A stretch of 64,000 bases of DNA from Bugula neritina (lineage: Eukaryota > Animalia > Bryozoa), in contig OZ037770.1 in assembly GCA_964035545.1 (NCBI GenBank), forward strand, positions 11,366,463-11,430,462, written 5' to 3'. The position numbers and the translations under genes are program-made. This document shows, piece after piece, positions 1-12,813 of the stretch; the stretch's first letter is position 1, and each line of letters begins with the position of its first letter. The notes under the pieces are model-generated. The model searched no databases. It worked only from the letters and a program-made list of their open reading frames with translations, and was not told the origin of the DNA.

Positions 1-355
1 AATCGGAGAGAGGAGCTGCTCTTCTTGGTTGACTTTTGTTGATCTCTGATATCAATTGATCTTTGGCCAATGGGAGAGGAGAAGCTGTCGTGTAGGCAGC
101 AGGCTTCCCGTGCCAGCAGGCACCGGCACATCCGCAGTCATTCCATGTCCAGCTTTTAATTTTGCCACATATTTGTGTATTAGCTTGAGTAGTCTTACAG
201 GAACCCAATTCTCTACACACCCGGTTTTCACTCGGTTTTACAGCTGTTATGACCTTGTTTGGTATGATGTCACATGAGTGTAAAGGGGCATAAGTTGAAA
301 GAACCTCTGCCTTCTTTAAGTATCTCTCCTGTTTGTCTTTGCTGCTACCAAACAT
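1..355 (-). CDS. 5' part of a second copy of the orphan gene (paralog of 4655-7346); the rest lies left of the window
   Basis: 1-355 reads identical to 6992-7346 (offset 6991), the N-terminal part of the large first coding exon. Confidence 0.6.
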   Translation of the reverse strand, partial: MFGSSKDKQERYLKKAEVLSTYAPLHSCDIIPNKVITAVKPSENRVCRELGSCKTTQANTQICGKIKSWTWNDCGCAGACWHGKPAAYTTASPLPLAKDQLISEINKSQPRRAAPLSD

Positions 356-1278
356 TCAATAAGCACACATTTAGTATGTAAAGAAACAGTTGATGTTGCA
401 TTTATCTGTACTACAATCTTATAACACTTAATATGTAGATCGACGTCCTAAAAATCCAACTTTTTATTTGAAATATACCAACATCTCAATGTTATTAAAT
501 TCATAGAAAACATGTCTTCATAAAACTTCTTCTTACCCCTGAGCCCTGCCTTGTCTGCTTACAGCTCGACGATTTGACCAAAAAAACTCTTTGAAAACGA
601 GTCTAAATGCAGCACAATCATAGCAAATTACCTCCCACTTGCTGTAACAAATAATTATCACACTTGAAGTAAATCTTTTCCTAATTTGAAGGTGGTAAAA
701 TCTTAACAAATCAAAGCAAAAGCATCATAAAAGTGTCAAATAATGAAGATAACAGAGAATAACAATAAATATTAATATATATTATATTCATTGAAAAACT
801 ATTACTTACTGATACACCTTGGCTGCCATGACAATGGATGCTAGCAGGAGAATTAGAGAAACCAGTATAAGCGAGAACATATTGAAGTTTATATTGTGAA
901 CAGTTGCATGAAAGATTTACATTTTGTAGAAGCAATAATTAAACTGTCAATCTACAAACTCTGTAAACGCGCAATTAAGGTATCATTGTGTCACTCATTG
1001 TGTCATCCTTTATTATTGAACATTTTTTAAATATTTTGTTTTACTTATTCAATAATTTATTTAGATAATGATAGCAATTGTTTGTTTTGTTTTGAATTAT
1101 TTTTATAGTGTACTTTGTAATAATTTGTGAGGCATTTATGATGTAAACCATTTACTAGTTTGTTAGGTTGAATCCTTTATCCTATAAAACACAGTATTTA
1201 TATATAGATATAAGAAGTGGGAGGAGCTTCCTTAATAAAAAAAAATAATAATTTGTGACATCAGTTGAATGCTTAGGG

Positions 1279-1415
1279 CAGGGGTGTCCAATCTTTACAG
1301 ATAGAGGGCCACTGAAAGGAAATATTTCATGACGAGAGCTACACTGCGGAAACTTTATGTTGAGCTGGGGGCCACAGCATTAGTATTTTCAAATAACTTT
1401 CTTTCAAATTCTTAT
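1279..1415 (+). mobile_element. hAT-like MITE, 3'-truncated
   Basis: Starts CAGGGGTGTCCAA and is homologous to the full copies at 3298 and 8269. Similarity ends where the pogo-like element fragment begins. Confidence 0.7.
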
Positions 1416-1419
1416 AAGT

Positions 1420-2607
1420 ATAAAAAAGTATTGACATAAATGTTCAGCCATTGTAGTTTTAACACTTGCGGAACATACGTGTTGAAAGGGCGAGTAAAAA
1501 ACTGTTTTTACCTACTTTTTGCAAATTTTTTAGGATGTCGTTAAAGCTTTATAATGTTTTACACTCAAAGGCAAAAAGCCTAGATTTTACTGATATTGTT
1601 GCCATTGCTTGTCTCTACATTGCTTAACTAATATATAACAGCAAACTTTAAAATAAATTTTCCTTGAGGCACATTTATTTTCAATTTGGCCACACGGGGT
1701 ACAATGGGCCACCTGATTATTGCACCCTGATCACTGTTATTAATTTGTTTGACCAAAAGGTTGGTTGAAATGTTACTAAAATTTACAGATATAGCCATTT
1801 TTAACCGTTTTTTGTAAATTGGTGAAGCTCCCCTAATACATACATCCGGTGAGGTTGAAGCTTTGCCATTTTATGCATAATACAAAACACTCTGCTAGCT
1901 GTTGCTACTAGTAGATAGCCATGATATTCATTATATATTATATCATTGAGGGAATATACATGTATTTTACTAAAATGAATTGTGATTTGCTCATTTGCTC
2001 CCCCCTCTCTCTTCCGTACTCCAGCCACAAACCGAAGCCATGCACCTTAGCTACAATTCATAAAAAAAGTTCACTCGGAATTTTGTAGTACATGTTACTA
2101 ATATTTTTTTCTGATAAAATTTCCTCTAAAGTGAAAATAAAAAAACATTTTTAGTTCTAAATAGTAATGATAATGGCACCGTAGAACCGAGTGATGTGCG
2201 TTTGATTTTGCCTTCCTCTGCTATCAGTGGTGGTACAAACTGTACAGCTAAAACATGAATTTCGCTGTAGATCTGAAAGAATATTTTTATTTATTTGTAA
2301 TATTAAATAAATAAAGATCAGATCCAACAAAATCCGCAAAGTTTCAATATATTTGTTGTGTCCCACCCAGTAGCCCATTGTACCCCGGTACCATGGGCAC
2401 AATGGGCCGATTTTTTCGTCATGAAAATTTCATTATTCTGAAAGTTGTGAGAGAGGTAGAAGCAACAAACTGATACCTATAATAGACAACAGATGCAGCA
2501 TGAAGACTAGAGATTATTGAACTAGTAACTTGAAAAACAGACAAATGAGAGCAAAAAATGCAAAATTCGACCCAATGTGCCCCCCCCCCCCCCCCCGTTA
2601 CCCCTAC
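1420..2607 (+). mobile_element. Non-autonomous DNA transposon (Tc1/pogo-like), 5'-truncated copy of 61441-62658
   Basis: Colinear similarity to 61545-62658; ends GTTACCCCTAC; internal GGTACAATGGGCC / GCCCATTGTACC subterminal repeats. Confidence 0.8.
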
Positions 2608-3297
2608 TGCTATGTTGCTCTTATAGTCAGTTAAAGTTTTTCTACATAAAATATAATAATTATACGTACAAAGTATAAATGTTTGGAGTCTATCACACCA
2701 GCTCATGTATGCATATTGACATTAGTTGTGTGAAATAGATGAATATCAAAATACTATTCATAGTGTCAAACTATTTTGAGATGAGATAGTGCTCAATACT
2801 TTCTTATCTCCCAATTCAAAGTCTTTGTGATAAAATACTAACAGTTCTTATAGACTAGTTAGTAAGTACTCTACCTCAAGGTACATCCACCTGCTGTAAC
2901 AAACTAAACAAGTGCTGCTTCATCTTACTCTCTGTACAACAAACCTGGCTAATACGTGAGTTGTACTATGAGAGTTGTTGTATTATCATTGTAAATGGAT
3001 TCGTAGTAATACAGTGTGGTGTCATAGATCCAGGGCACCTTGCACTACTGACCTGCATTCACAAGTAAGCTCAGCCCTTGTCACTAAGTTGGAATGCAGT
3101 ATCACAGTTCTGTTAGAAATATCTGCTGTATGCAAAATGTCTCTTTTTACCAGAATTATGTAAAGATGCCTTGTCGTGTGATATAATAATAGTTTTAAAT
3201 TGTTAAGCTGTGTGGTTTTTAAAAGCTTTATTATCAAACTTAGCTGCATAAATAAAGCATCTGCTTTTACACTCTTGGTACAATGGTCTATATAGAA

Positions 3298-3613
3298 CAG
3301 GGTGTCTAACCTTTTCGGAAGGAGGGATACTGAATAGGAATATTTCATGGTGAGGGTCACATTGTGAAATTTAGCTTAGGCTGAGGGCCACACTGTCAGT
3401 AATTCTAAATTCTTATGAATAATCGCACAATGAAGTTCCAAGAATTACTGCAGGCTGCATGTTTTAGCATATATATAATATAAAAATAAGACATTTAAAA
3501 TGTGTATTTCCCACTTTAAATCATATACATGTACAAAATAATGTTATTGAGGGCCACATAAATGTAGGCTGGGGGCCACATCTGACCCTGGGGCTGCCTG
3601 TTGGACAGCCCTG
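3298..3613 (+). mobile_element. hAT-like MITE (~315 bp)
   Basis: TIRs CAGGGTGTCTAA...TTGGACAGCCCTG. Flanks atatagaa / ctttagat resemble the NTCTAGAN target of Charlie-type hATs (degenerate 8-bp TSD). Confidence 0.75.
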
Positions 3614-4654
3614 CTTTAGATGGTAGCCATACTTAACTATAACTTCAGGTTAATTATATTGTGTTTATCAAACATAATGATGTCATATGTTTACAGATTC
3701 AATTTTTCTTCTAGTAAAGTGGTTTCTAATATGATTACCCAGCCAACAGTTTATACCAACAGTCTGCAGAGAGTAGACAACTCTAGAGGAAAACAATTTG
3801 TAAAGAATGTAGAATGCCATGTAGGCAGAAATTGTGTGGTTGTGAAAACTATGATATGTTCGACTAAATTGTTTAAAGTAGAGACAGGGGAATGTATGTG
3901 TTAGAATTAAACATGTGATATGTTTGCGTAATAATTATTTAGGATTTTTTATGAGCAGTAGATTGTTGTCTAAATATACACGCATATAACAGCTTGTATA
4001 GCAATGTATATAAATAATTATGGGCCAGTTTAATAAGTTTTATAAATTTTATTTAATAGGATATTTTGAAGTGAAAAACTCACAAGGTAGACGTATAATT
4101 TTTAGTTATTCTTTGAATTGTTTTTATACTCTCTAATTATTCATTCCTTGCTAAGCTACTAGATTTACTAAATAATGATCAATATTAACTAAGTGAATGA
4201 ATAATTAAGAGAACAAAAAAGCCAAATAATTTAAAAATTCTTTTAGAAGAATTTTCAAGCAACTAGAGCAAACTACATAAAGTTCAATAAAGAAAGCAAT
4301 AAGGCATTTATATTCCTATGCTCTGGTCTCTGAGGAATCCGCATTAAGAGGTTTCCAATAAGCAAAACGGATCCAGAGAATAGGTTATGAGCATCTGTTG
4401 ACTGAGTAATTCATCTACACATCAGATAACATAAGCTGTAGTGTTGAATGGTTCATGTAGAAGATCTATAAATAATAAACAGAAACATAAAGCAAAGTGA
4501 AGTAATGGAGTATATGAAACGAGAAGACATGCAAGAATAAACAGAACAAGTGACTAATAACTGTTGTAAAAGTCTGATATGAATCTAAACATACCGATAA
4601 ATTAACAGCTTCTTTAATATTTTTAAGAAAATATATTTATATTGAGCTTTAACC

Positions 4655-7346
4655 TCATTCGTTGTCTTGAACACAGCAACAGAAAAACTTTAAGATTCGA
4701 TTTCTGCGATTCTGCTGTGTGGCTGGTTCTTGAACTGCTCTAAGCTCTACAAAATATTATAGTGCTTCTCTTGACATATACTGAGTGATGTATTATAGCA
4801 ACATGATCAATAATCATTCTTATTAGTTATATTTTATAATTGGCTACTTCACAATGCTATAGCCAATAAGAGTGAGTTTCTTTAAAGGTTTGACAGCCTG
4901 ATTCTAACTAATTTTTTTATAATTCACTCCTGTTTATTAGAAACTAGCTTCTTAATGTCTTAAGTAATTTTTCTGTTTGTTTGATATTATAAAACCCTAA
5001 ATGTGTGGTTTCGAAAGATTGGTTTGGTTTTATCTGGGGTTTGCTCATCAACATGCATAAAAGTATCCACTAATAATAAATATTTGGCTGACTTAAGAAT
5101 ACTTACCATTCTGAACTTCATTAGGTGCATTAGAAGGAGCTAGGAGTTGCGTCTCCTTGACTGATTGTTGGAGAATATTTAGAGAAAGAGTCTTGCATGA
5201 GTCTCCACCAGCTTCTGTTGTAAAATATATCAAATTTTTTGCAACTTAAAACTGTTGGTTTAAGACTAATATAATATTTGTTTCTAGTTGGCTAATTGCT
5301 TATAAGGAGAAAAATCTGTCTTTCCATTATATAGATTTGTAATAATTATTAGTTAGTATTGCCAATTTTGTAAATGAAAGTAGCTGATATGGCTTAATAA
5401 AAATTTACATATGGATCAAAATTTTTGATTGACATAATATTTTGTATATATCGACTGCACAATTGCAAGCTTTTAGAATAATATTTATCTCAAATGACAT
5501 CCTTAAGTGATTTAAATTTTGCTTCTTTGCAGATGTTTCCTAGCTTTAATATTTACCAGATAATTTGGAAGGTGTTGGGGGATTTTCCTCGGCAATTTCT
5601 TGATTTGAGTTAACATCCTGTTTCATAGACGTGTTTTCTTCATTACCGGTAGCATCTTCTTCCTGTTGTGGTGTGTATTCCATTCTCATTCCACCTATTG
5701 AAATAATGTTGTTTCAAATTATATTTTTTATATAAAAGGGCATAACCATATATGATTTTGTGAAGTATTAAAAAATAATGTCGTTTCAACTTACTCTTTT
5801 TATATAAAAGGGTATAATTATCTGAGATTTTTGTAAAGTGTTGATTAGTTTGACTGATAGTAAGTTATTAGTGCGCAGTTAAAACTCATTCATTCACTTT
5901 CTTTCATAGAGGCTATGTTTCCTTAAACTGTTGGATTATTCAAGCAATAAAATACATCATTTAGGAATCAAAAATTTGATATAATTTGATCAAGTGATAC
6001 AGTATATGGAAAAGTGACAGTTTTGGAAGATATTTACTAGCACCTGAATTTTGTTACCTTCTTTACAAATATGTAAAAAAAACAATTTATATTAAAATGT
6101 AGTTGAATATAAAATAAATACTTTAACAGCTTTCATTTTCTTACAAGAATAAATATTGACATGTTTTCTCACCAGGTGAAATCTGAGGTTTAATGGCAGC
6201 TCTTTGATTGGCCTTTTGTGCTTTTAGGGGTACTTCACTGAGTTGTTCAACAGCCTTTTTGATAATGTCATCAGCTTCCATCTGTTTGACTCCCAACTCC
6301 TTAATATCCCACTTGAGAGTGGCTATATCCTTCTTCAACTCATCTATTGAAATAACAGTAATTTGATTTTAAATTTTTTTGTTGCAATAAAAGGAAAAGT
6401 GTTGCTAATCTAATTTTGCAAAATTTATACACTGTTCAAACAAAATGAATGAATAATGTACCATCACAATCGGTGATTTTCTTATTCATATGATCCTTAG
6501 AGAAAAGTGGCAATGATTTCCATTCCATTCCATCCACTGAAGTGAATGTTTTTTTTATTTGCTTCTCCACTTGTCTGGGTGCAGTAATATGTTGTCCTGA
6601 TGTGCTCGTTTTATTTTGAGGGGATTGTCTTCTCTCCTTGTTCAAACCTTGCATTTGGCTTCTGGATAAGTTTGTGGCGGGTTTGAGATTTGGGTAGAGA
6701 ACAGTATCAGCATTTGCTGTAATGTTGCAATACAAATGTTTTTATTCTGAGACAAATTTGTGTTAAATATAGAATAAAACGACATCATAGATTTACAGTT
6801 TAGACTATCTGATGAACTGAAAAATTTAATGTAGATAAAAAACAAGCTGAAACAGAAAAAAGTGAGTAATTTTTTGAACTTACGCATCATGATTTCTGGC
6901 CAAAGGTGCAGCTTGTGAGTTTTGGGGCGTGTGCCACTTCCTTCAAATTTCTTTAGGAAGTCCTCCAACTTGATTGGCTCTGAAACTGGAGAATCGGAGA
7001 GAGGAGCTGCTCTTCTTGGTTGACTTTTGTTGATCTCTGATATCAATTGATCTTTGGCCAATGGGAGAGGAGAAGCTGTCGTGTAGGCAGCAGGCTTCCC
7101 GTGCCAGCAGGCACCGGCACATCCGCAGTCATTCCATGTCCAGCTTTTAATTTTGCCACATATTTGTGTATTAGCTTGAGTAGTCTTACAGGAACCCAAT
7201 TCTCTACACACCCGGTTTTCACTCGGTTTTACAGCTGTTATGACCTTGTTTGGTATGATGTCACATGAGTGTAAAGGGGCATAAGTTGAAAGAACCTCTG
7301 CCTTCTTTAAGTATCTCTCCTGTTTGTCTTTGCTGCTACCAAACAT
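4655..7346 (-). CDS. Uncharacterised (orphan) multi-exon protein, ~408 aa, mostly polar/low complexity, C-terminus RRNRILKFFCCCVQDNE
   Basis: Exons 7346-6884, 6716-6462, 6343-6173, 5694-5557, 5214-5107, 4746-4655. All five introns are GT-AG phase 1 and the joined frame is open for 1227 nt to TGA. The true start may lie in upstream micro-exons (~7528-7820). No family recognised. Confidence 0.7.
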
Positions 7347-8375
7347 TCAATAAGCACACATTTAGTATGTAAAGAAACAGTTGATGTTGCATTTATCTGT
7401 ACTACAATCTTATAACACTTAATATGTAGATCGACGTCCTAAAAATCCAACTTTTTATTTGAAATATACCAACATCTCAATGTTATTAAATTCATAGAAA
7501 ACATGTCTTCATAAAACTTCTTCTTACCCCTGAGCCCTGCCTTGTCTGCTTACAGCTCGACGATTTGACCAAAAAAACTCTTTGAAAACGAGTCTAAATG
7601 CAGCACAATCATAGCAAATTACCTCCCACTTGCTGTAACAAATAATTATCACACTTGAAGTAAATCTTTTCCTAATTTGAAGGTGGTAAAATCTTAACAA
7701 ATCAAAGCAAAAGCATCATAAAAGTGTCAAATAATGAAGATAACAGAGAATAACAATAAATATTAATATATATTATATTCATTGAAAAACTATTACTTAC
7801 TGATACACCTTGGCTGCCATGACAATGGATGCTAGCAGGAGAATTAGAGAAACCAGTATAAGCGAGAACATATTGAAGTTTATATTGTGAACAGTTGCAT
7901 GAAAGATTTACATTTTGTAGAAGCAATAATTAAACTGTCAATCTACAAACTCTGTAAACGCGCAATTAAGGTACCATTGTGTCACTCATTGAGTCATCCT
8001 TCATTATTGCACATTTTTTGAATATTTTGTTTTACTTATTTAATAATTTATTTAGATAATGATAGCAATTGTTTGTTTTGTTTTGAATTATTTTTATAGT
8101 GTACTTTGTAATAATTTGTGAGGCATTTATGATGTAAACCATTTACTAGTTTGTTAGGTTGAATCCTTTATCCTATAAAACACAGTATTTATATATAGAT
8201 ATAATAAGTGGGAGGAGCTTCTTTAATAAAAAAAATAACAATTTGTGACATCAGTTGAATGCTTAGGACAGGGGTATCCAATCCTTACAGAGCGAGGGCT
8301 ACACTGGAAACTTTATGTTGAGCTGGGGTCCACAGCATTAGCATTTTTAAATAACTTTCTTACAAATTCTTATGA
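6992..8375. repeat. Segmental/tandem duplication copy B
   Basis: Direct repeat of 1-~1415. Confidence 0.95.
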
Positions 8376-8579
8376 ATCATTGCACAATAAAGTCCGAATA
8401 GTTACTGCAGGCTCCATGTTTTGTAGCACGTGTATAAATAAGACATTTAAAATGTAATTTTTCACTCTAACTCATGCATTACACCTGTGAAAAATTAATT
8501 TAGTTTTATGCTTTTGAGGGCTACATTAATATAAGCTGGGGACCGGATTTGGCCCTGGAGCTGCCGGTTAGACACCCTG
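8269..8579 (+). mobile_element. hAT-like MITE
   Basis: CAGGGGTATCCAA...TTAGACACCCTG followed by gtctagaa; same family as 3298-3613. Confidence 0.75.
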
Positions 8580-9163
8580 GTCTAGAAAGTTCTCTTGCAT
8601 CAATTACAAAAGCCCATTAACTATTTGGAACTGTCATTATTCATATGATATTATTCTAAAGTATAATTACATCACTAATCAACGTAAACAGGTTTTGAGC
8701 TATATTATATTGTCATAAATTGTCATGCCTTACTAATATAAGGAATAAAAGTGCAGGGTAACATTAAAGAGTACAATATCTTTTAAAGTACCAATTGTGA
8801 CAGCCTTGTAGTAATTAAAAGCATTAGCTCTAGAAAGCATTTGTAGTATATGAAATTATCTACCCAAATCAAAACTAGAACTTAAGCTATGTGGAACTTG
8901 CTAATTCCACACAAGATGGGCATTTTTAATTTGAACTCAAACTACTGAAATTTTTCATTTCAGAGTTTATTGAGAGAAGATTGGTTGGTTTACTCGGAAC
9001 TGACACTGTTTGTCAGACTTCGGTAGTCGTTATGTCCGACACACTTTGAGAGTTCATAGTTCAAGTTGAAACATTTATATTTCTTGTTGTAGAGAATATA
9101 CAGACATTTGAGCTCTACCATGTCTTTTGAGTTGGTTACATTACATAATATTATATAATAGTG

Positions 9164-12100
9164 ATGTCATATGTGAAAGCATCACCATTACTGGGTGACA
9201 GAACTCTGCCAGATTCAGAGAGTAAGGATAAAGACAGGAAAGTTACCCAGACGGCTACATCTGGTGAGCAGGTCAGCCATGGCGGCAGACAGGAAGTTGA
9301 TGTGCCAGTAGGTTTGAATTGTTTATTTCCTGTGTGTATATCTGCACTAGTGCTGGGCTGTACTATTGCTTTATTTTCTAACTTTGTGCTACGCCTATTA
9401 CTTTGTATTTAGCGAATTTGAGCAAAAATATGGCAATTTTTTGTTTAAAGTAGCAATTTTGAAAGTTAAAAGCTGGATATAGTTTTCATCATTCAAATTA
9501 AAAAAGGTTGTTTACTTATTTTACAGGTGGCCAGTGGTTGGCTGTATTTCTCTATTATCTCTTGTGTTATTGGAACATCTTTCTCATTTGGATATTCTAT
9601 GGGCTGTGTCAACACGCCTGCTGTGGTAAATAAGGGTTAATTTGCATTTATACAAGTTTGTTGGGTCTTATAGTGTATGAAGTTTATTACAATACAGAAA
9701 GAATAGATACGGTCTGCATAATTTTATTCTAATAAGAGGCTTTATTTCTACCTATAAGGTTTATAAGTAGCAAGTTTGTTGCACTCTACCACCCTAACAA
9801 ACTTTACCACTTATATTGGAAATGTGCTAAACTTGAGAAATTTTCAAATTTCAAATGAAACCAGATCATAGCAAAAAATGCAAAAGAATCTCTAATGACC
9901 AGCTTCATAATACTTAATTTAACAATAAAATTTAAAGAATACGTATTCTATTTAAAGGTAAATAACTTTTTAATAACCAGCTATGTAAAATTAATTTCCA
10001 GCTTTAACCTGCCTCGGTGCAAGCCAGATTGGGCAGGCATGTGTAATTATTCATTATGGCTGTTGTTTTAACAGGTGATGCAAGGTGTCTTTTCTCATTG
10101 GTATAAGGATACTTATAACTTGGAGGTCTCGGCATCTGAGTTGACATTTCTCTGGGCAGTTACTGTCAGTATCTACATATTTGGTGGTATGATAAGCGCA
10201 GCTATTGCAGGAGCTTTAGCTGACAAGTTTGGCAGGTGAGCGCTGGTAGGTGATGTCATATTTTTACATGAAACAACTTTTCAAGTAGAGTTGCATGTCA
10301 ACCATCAGAGAAGTTGACATTTTTGACAAGTACATGATAGTGCTGCCTAAATATTATGCTTTATAGTAGATGTGATATTTTGGTATTAAGATGTATTTAC
10401 ACATTCCTGGAATTTCTTTTAATTGAAAAAAAAAATCGGATAAAATATTTTATTAAATTTCTTTTTTAGAAAAAAGGTGATGATGGCTGGAAATATTTTA
10501 CAAGTTGTGGCCGCTCTCCTAATGTTTTCTAGTATATGGATACAGCGTTATGAAGTTATCATAATTGGTAGACTGATAATGGGCTTTTATGGAGGTATTT
10601 ACATATACTCTTATTATATGTTGAACATATCATTCTGTCTGTCTGTTTGTCTGTTTCTCTTCATCACTGATACAATTATGGTAATCCTAATGTATACCTT
10701 CTGCTTGAATATCTGAAAGTATACATATAAAACTGCAATAATTTGTGTGCATGGTTGGATAGAAACTACATGGCAATGCAAGAAAGTGCTTGTATGAAAA
10801 GTAGCATTATTAATTTCATCCATTTTTATCAACCAATGTCCGCTAATTACCAACATACCAATTTTGGCTGCGTTAACTTTCAGCATAATTATGTGAAATT
10901 ATAACTATTCCTAATGAGCTTTTTTAAATTAGCACAGGTATTTATTGAGATATTCAGGAATAATATTGTCCCAGTAAATTTGAAGCAATTGACATGCCTC
11001 CCAAACACCTATTATATAGACATCAGCATGAGTTTCTAATGGGAGCTGAGGGTTGTTGTTTCACCAAAACTTATTGATAAATAGTGATAACATTATTGCC
11101 CCTGACTTGAAAAGAATGTGCTAAATCTGCCTCTTTTGATCAGCACATACAAGCCACTAGGTGTTTTGAAATGAGAAAATGTTCACTACACCTCAACCAA
11201 TTAAATGCTACAAGAGTTCAATACTGATTAATAGTCATACGCTCAACATTTCTCATGCAAATATTTCGCACTTACCACCCTTAATAGGTCTCATCACAGT
11301 TGCCACGCCTCTGTATCTCAATGAGATCTCACCTCCTCACCTCAGAGGCAAAGTTGGGACGGTACATCCAATCATGCTTATGGTTGCCCTGTCTCTCTCA
11401 CAAGTTTTCGGGCTACCTCAGATACTTGGAACTAATACTAGGTTTTACTATCTTTTAGGTTTGTGAACTGTGGTATTTTATAAGGGTTTTGAGACCTTTT
11501 GGATAGTACATATTTTTAAGCTAAAGTTGTTTTTATTTAACAATGTTATTTGGTTTAAGTTTAGAGTGCAGAAACTTAGATTTTCACCTCATGAGTTGGT
11601 ATTCCGGTTTAAATCTAGCTTAATTTATGCTACAGAGAATGTTTATAACAAATATGTTTTGCAAAATTAGAGTAGCAAGAAAAGCCATGTGTCTACTTTT
11701 TCCTTTCTAGTCACACACAGTGATATAAACTCAAATCGATTCCTGCAGATATATTTCTTTCTACAAGAAACTCTGGCAAATCAAACTGTATGTTTGTGCT
11801 TTGTACTGCTATTATAACTCTGTAAAGAGTTAGTAACTTTTATAATACATCTGACAGCATTACCGGTGGTAACTGGAGTACTTCATTGGCTGATGTTTGC
11901 TTCCTGTCCAGAGAGTCCATCTTGGTTGTATCTGTTTAAGAAGGATAAAGAAGGTGCCAGAGCTGGTCAGTACTAATTGCTGATTCCTATTAAAATCTAT
12001 AGTGTTATATATATTCACTTGTGTTCAAAGATTCCATTCCTGCAAGACAAATTCAGTGGTGAACAGTTTTTAGGCTGAGGACTGTGAGCTCAAAAATATA

Positions 12101-12634
12101 AAACTTTTAAAAATCCTTAATGACACTCGATTATTTTATTTCCCATTAATGTCGCATCTTAATGTTCAATTTCCTATATTGCAAACTTTTTAAAGAGATC
12201 AACTGCATATCTATTTGTAACTGCACATCTAATTGTGACAGCTCTTGAGAAACTCAGAGACATGGATGTGATGTCAACAGTAGACTTTGAACTGGCCGAG
12301 TATCACAAACAGGAAGTACAGTCTTCATCAGTGTCATGGGTTTGTTGCTTTGTTTTGTAAGATACGCGGTACGCCAGAGTATTGTTATATAATGAGCCGT
12401 GTTTTACAACACCCAATAGAGCACAGCGGGTTTTTTCTGATTTGATTGAGCATAGGAGATAAATACGCTACTTCACTTTATAACCTTATTCAAAGTTTTA
12501 ATGCTTTATTTTATTTGTTTTGGTATGCAGTTAAAAGCGCAGCATAATTAATTTTAATTGATGGTCTAGTTTACTCGATACAGTAATACTGAAAAATTTC
12601 TAGTTAGATATGAAGATTTGAAGGTGTACTGCTG

Positions 12635-12690
<56 letters not shown>

Positions 12691-12727
12691 AATCTGTGGA
12701 CAGCAGCTGTTTCGGGATTTGTCCCCT

Positions 12728-12813
<86 letters not shown>

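Larger units (their letters stand above)
1..1415. repeat. Segmental/tandem duplication copy A (partner 6992-~8375)
   Basis: Constant offset of 6991; ORFs 56..277/7047..7268 and 711..935/7702..7926 translate identically. Substitutions start at about position 980. Confidence 0.95.

Noticed and set aside
56-935. Duplicated small ORFs 56..277 and 711..935 as genes
   Set aside because: Antisense to or upstream of the real exon, non-ATG starts, identical only because of the duplication.
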